A stretch of DNA of 64,000 nt from Haliotis rufescens (lineage: Eukaryota): contig NW_025964372.1 of the NCBI RefSeq assembly GCF_023055435.1, forward strand, positions 5,766,001 to 5,830,000. Direction: 5' to 3'. Numbering within the stretch: the stretch's first letter is position 1; each line of letters starts with the position of its first letter. The notes beneath the pieces were generated by a model. It did no database searches and was not told the DNA's origin. It saw only the letters and a list, made by a program, of their open reading frames with translations. Positions 60,701-64,000 of the stretch are shown piece by piece. A program made the translations under genes and the position numbers.

Positions 60701-61973
60701 TCTCAGTGGGCTAGCACTAAAAACTGGCATAAACCTGGACCAGTAGTCACATACACATGTATCCACAGTGCTACATTTAAGTGAAATATATATATTATTG
60801 AACGCGACGTGAAAACCCATTTAAACTCGCCTCACTGTATTTTTATATTTCTTGGAATTAAATCATTCCTGATTGTCAGTCTTTTCACACATTTTGATCT
60901 CTGTATTAATATGTAAATAAATTGTCAGGTGAAAACTTTGATTCTTATATATCGCACGGATGTAAATGCACATAGATCACTCACACGGAAAAAAATAAAT
61001 TGTGGTAGATGACAGAACGACGACTGTGTTGCACATGTTACCCACAATTCCCTGGTGCAAGATTATATCGCAAAGATTTACGACAAAAAGTCAGGCCTGA
61101 ATTCATTCCACTGCCGCGGTGGTCTATTTGTAATAGTTTCCTGAAACGTCTTTGGGACTAGTGGGCAATTGAATATGGGTGATTATTGTAAACAATTGAT
61201 GTAACATGCCATATTTGGTCTACTAGTTCTTCACATTCCCAGTATTTTGTTAGTTGTCCAGTTTTATTTCATTTACACCCTGACACTGCATGACAGTTGT
61301 GGGAAAGTTTACCGCAATAGTGATTGGGAGACAATGCCAACAAGCCTATTAATTACAAGCTGGACCGAGTTCTGTCGTGAATAGGCTACTGTGTTTATTT
61401 ACCTTGAAGAGACATTGCTTATAAAAATTCAGCATGTAAGGGAGGTAATCGCATTGTAGTAAAACAGATGTAAAACAAGGAATGAATTGAAACCAATATT
61501 TTTCGTATTATTGAAAACACATATTTGCTGATTAAACAGTTTGGGAAAATTTAAATGTTGTAAGTTTATTTTGACGATAAAAGAGTTTGCCGCCGTGTTG
61601 ATTCCTCGCTTCAAAGCTAGTGTTCTTGTTTTCTACTGTGGCAAATATTTTCCCTTCCGTTTCCAGAACCAGAATAATCTCCCTTGTTAACACAAGCTCC
61701 CCACAGCGATAGTCCATTTGCGCAGCTCTCTACCCCATCGCGCTGTTACCGAGAGTGTAACGAAGGTGTCACGCGCTGGGAAGGAGCTTGCACAAATCTG
61801 GACGCACTCAGTCGATTGAATGAAGGAAACACTGGACGTTTAAGAAATATCATGACGGAATTGGTTCGGTTTATCCCGGCTTTTAAACTTTAATCCGGAA
61901 TGCATTTGATTAGTATTAGAATTCAATACAGATACAACACAAATAAGGTCACAACTATTAACTATTATTATAT

Positions 61974-62198
61974 TTGTTTGTTATTTAACGACCCACTCAG
62001 CAATATTCCAGCTATTTGACGGCGGTCTGTAAATAATCGAGTCAATCCAGTGATTGACATCATGAGCATCGATCTACGCAACTGAGATACGATGACATGC
62101 ATCTATCAAGTCAGCGAGCATGACCACCCGATCCCGTTAGTCGCATATTCCGACAAGCATGGGTTGCCGGAGACCAGTTCTAAACCGGAACTTCACGG
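61974..62198 (-). mobile_element. Retroposon family A
   Basis: Reverse-orientation copy with a single hairpin module. Confidence 0.85.
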
Positions 62199-62817
62199 CT
62201 TAATAATTATTATGCGTCCCAGGGGTTATCTTTTAGGATATGAAGGACGATGTAATTTGGAAATACCAATAAGTGAAAAAAAATCTTTAAATATTTATAA
62301 ACTATGCAACAATAGATCGAGTATTCATTTTCAGACTGCACTGGTCAAACCTGTGTCTGATACAATGAGCACCGTTTCACGCAATCGGGTACGCCGAAAT
62401 ATTGTATAACTTAAATATACGTTAATGTCCAGCGGTGATTCCGGGGTAGAATAGGTCCAAGGTATCTATGTTTATCAGGTTCGGTGACTTGGTTGAATTT
62501 GTGTCATCGTACCCGAACAACGTGGAGCGTTGCTCATAATATCAACCACTGGTTTGGCAGATCCAGTCTCGACTATTTACGTGGGCCGCCGTGATATGCC
62601 TGACATATTGCTAACTGTGGTGTTAAATAACAGTCACCGACACACTAAGGTCGCATTGTGTGAACACAACCTGTGCATATACAACCCTAGTTTCCCAACA
62701 GGGAGAAATACCTTTCTCATAAGTCATAGTCGTCTCTTAAGTCATACATATAGACATACGATGCAGTAGTCATTATCATCCGTCAGTTAATGGACGTTAT
62801 TTTCGAGGTAAAGTTGA

Positions 62818-63999
62818 CTATATTCTCGCTGTGTCATTGAGGTATACTTGACAAAAGAAGTGTCTGCCAGACTCCCTGGACAGGTGGCGCTGCAGTTTAA
62901 AGGGATGGAGGTAAACATTATCAGTGCTATAAAAAGATCTATACTGACTCCGGAGACCATATAAGTTACCTTTTTTCACGAAATGTATATTTTCCCACAT
63001 TTGAAGCCCAAAAGCTACATTGACAAACCCGATTTCTACCATAACGTTATATTTTAACAACAAATTGGCCATAATTGTGTAGTTATGCTCGAACGCCATT
63101 GGGATATACATAAAGTCAGCACTCTGAATAAAGAAATATGTAAAATTTTGTGAATTATTTTGATAATTCAACAGAAACTGTGATTCAAATGATGTTTTTG
63201 GCTTCAATTGCGATATGTTCCTAATTTCGTCTATGACAGCCAACATATTTGGTTTGTATTTCCAAAACCCCCACCTCGGCACTAGTTCTTCAAGAGAAGC
63301 ATTCGCCATATTGAAACCAGTGTGCAGCCAGATCTTATCACGTGGCAGTGTGTCAATGTTCCAAGGGTTAATCAGAGTGTCATCTCCAATCTGTAAGAAT
63401 CCTTTTACATCGACATTAAGCTTCATGGCCTCAACGGTGCATTCATACATAAAGTACCAACCTCTTTTGAAGCGCTCTATGAAAATGAAGTATGGAAGTG
63501 CAAGAACCCTCATATACTTCTTGAACTTCGTCAAGTTTGGTCCGCAGTAGATTATGACAGAAAAGTACGGGCGATACATTGCTTCGAGGATGTTGATATT
63601 GGAATACAGTTTACCCACATTGAATGTTATTATCAGGGCTATGTCATCTATTACCTTATTTGGAAACCTTCTAACAGACGTGGGACACAATAGCTTCAGC
63701 TGTTCATGGGATTCGCTGTTCACTGATGTCCTTTTAGGTACAGTACCGGCGGCCCCGAGTGTTGGGTTCTCCCGTGGTTGTATTGGTTGGGCTTCTCTCT
63801 GTGGTGTCTGGTATTTAATTGACGTCAGTTCTGAAACCCATTTGTTGATCATATGGAGATCCCGCATTGTGACTAATAGCTCTCCTGCCATTATAGTCAT
63901 GGCATTTTCCAAACATTTTAAGATATCCAAACCATGAACGCATTTCCATGACAACAATGCAGATGGAACATTCACATCGCGCTTGTTGTTAGACGTGCC
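62818..63999 (-). CDS. STELLO/DUF288-like putative glycosyltransferase, 5' end beyond the window
   Basis: Uninterrupted frame of more than 390 codons, open to the window edge. Motifs DIALIITFN, YRPYFSVIIYCG, GWYFMYEC, GFLQIGDDTLINPWN, SADFMYIP, VEIG and YLHPFKL resemble the STELLO C-terminal domain, preceded by a low-complexity stem. Confidence 0.7.
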   Translation of the reverse strand, partial: GTSNNKRDVNVPSALLSWKCVHGLDILKCLENAMTIMAGELLVTMRDLHMINKWVSELTSIKYQTPQREAQPIQPRENPTLGAAGTVPKRTSVNSESHEQLKLLCPTSVRRFPNKVIDDIALIITFNVGKLYSNINILEAMYRPYFSVIIYCGPNLTKFKKYMRVLALPYFIFIERFKRGWYFMYECTVEAMKLNVDVKGFLQIGDDTLINPWNIDTLPRDKIWLHTGFNMANASLEELVPRWGFWKYKPNMLAVIDEIRNISQLKPKTSFESQFLLNYQNNSQNFTYFFIQSADFMYIPMAFEHNYTIMANLLLKYNVMVEIGFVNVAFGLQMWENIHFVKKGNLYGLRSQYRSFYSTDNVYLHPFKLQRHLSRESGRHFFCQVYLNDTARI

Positions 64000-64000
64000 T

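Larger units (their letters stand above)
56069..61765. repeat. Direct tandem duplication of ~2.85 kb (56069-58927 and 58928-61765)
   Basis: Near-identical copies differing by scattered SNPs and small indels, with AG microhomology at the junction. Confidence 0.95.

Overview
Repeat-rich animal genomic DNA with GT-AG introns and dense SINEs, MITEs and minisatellites. The repeat content suggests a mollusc, probably a gastropod, but this is an inference. Six protein-coding genes were reconstructed by hand from splice signals and reading-frame continuity: HSD17B8 (-, runs off the left edge); a PTRH1/Pth-family gene (+, 341 aa) head-to-head with it; CFAP157 (-, 567 aa); PIGC (+, 286 aa) head-to-head with CFAP157; an NmrA-like/NMRAL1 gene (-, 303 aa); and a STELLO/DUF288-like putative glycosyltransferase (-, runs off the right edge). 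The most striking observation is that the Pth-family gene is intact and cleanly spliced, yet has lost four key active-site residues (H20Y, D93A, H113Y, N114S, E. coli numbering). It also carries a mitochondrial-type presequence, acidic patches and a repetitive ERDS tail, making it a candidate mitochondrial pseudo-enzyme at the PTRH1 syntenic position. Other leads are a tRNA-less retroposon with a fixed, pseudoknotted 5' head (candidate ribozyme), a 9-bp-TSD MITE carrying a CCAAT box plus an ORF, a gene order linking three human MHC paralogons, a 2.3-kb G-quadruplex minisatellite, a repeat that multiplies a splice donor, and a 2.85-kb tandem duplication. Most long ORFs in the supplied track (for example 19166-21452) are repeat artefacts.
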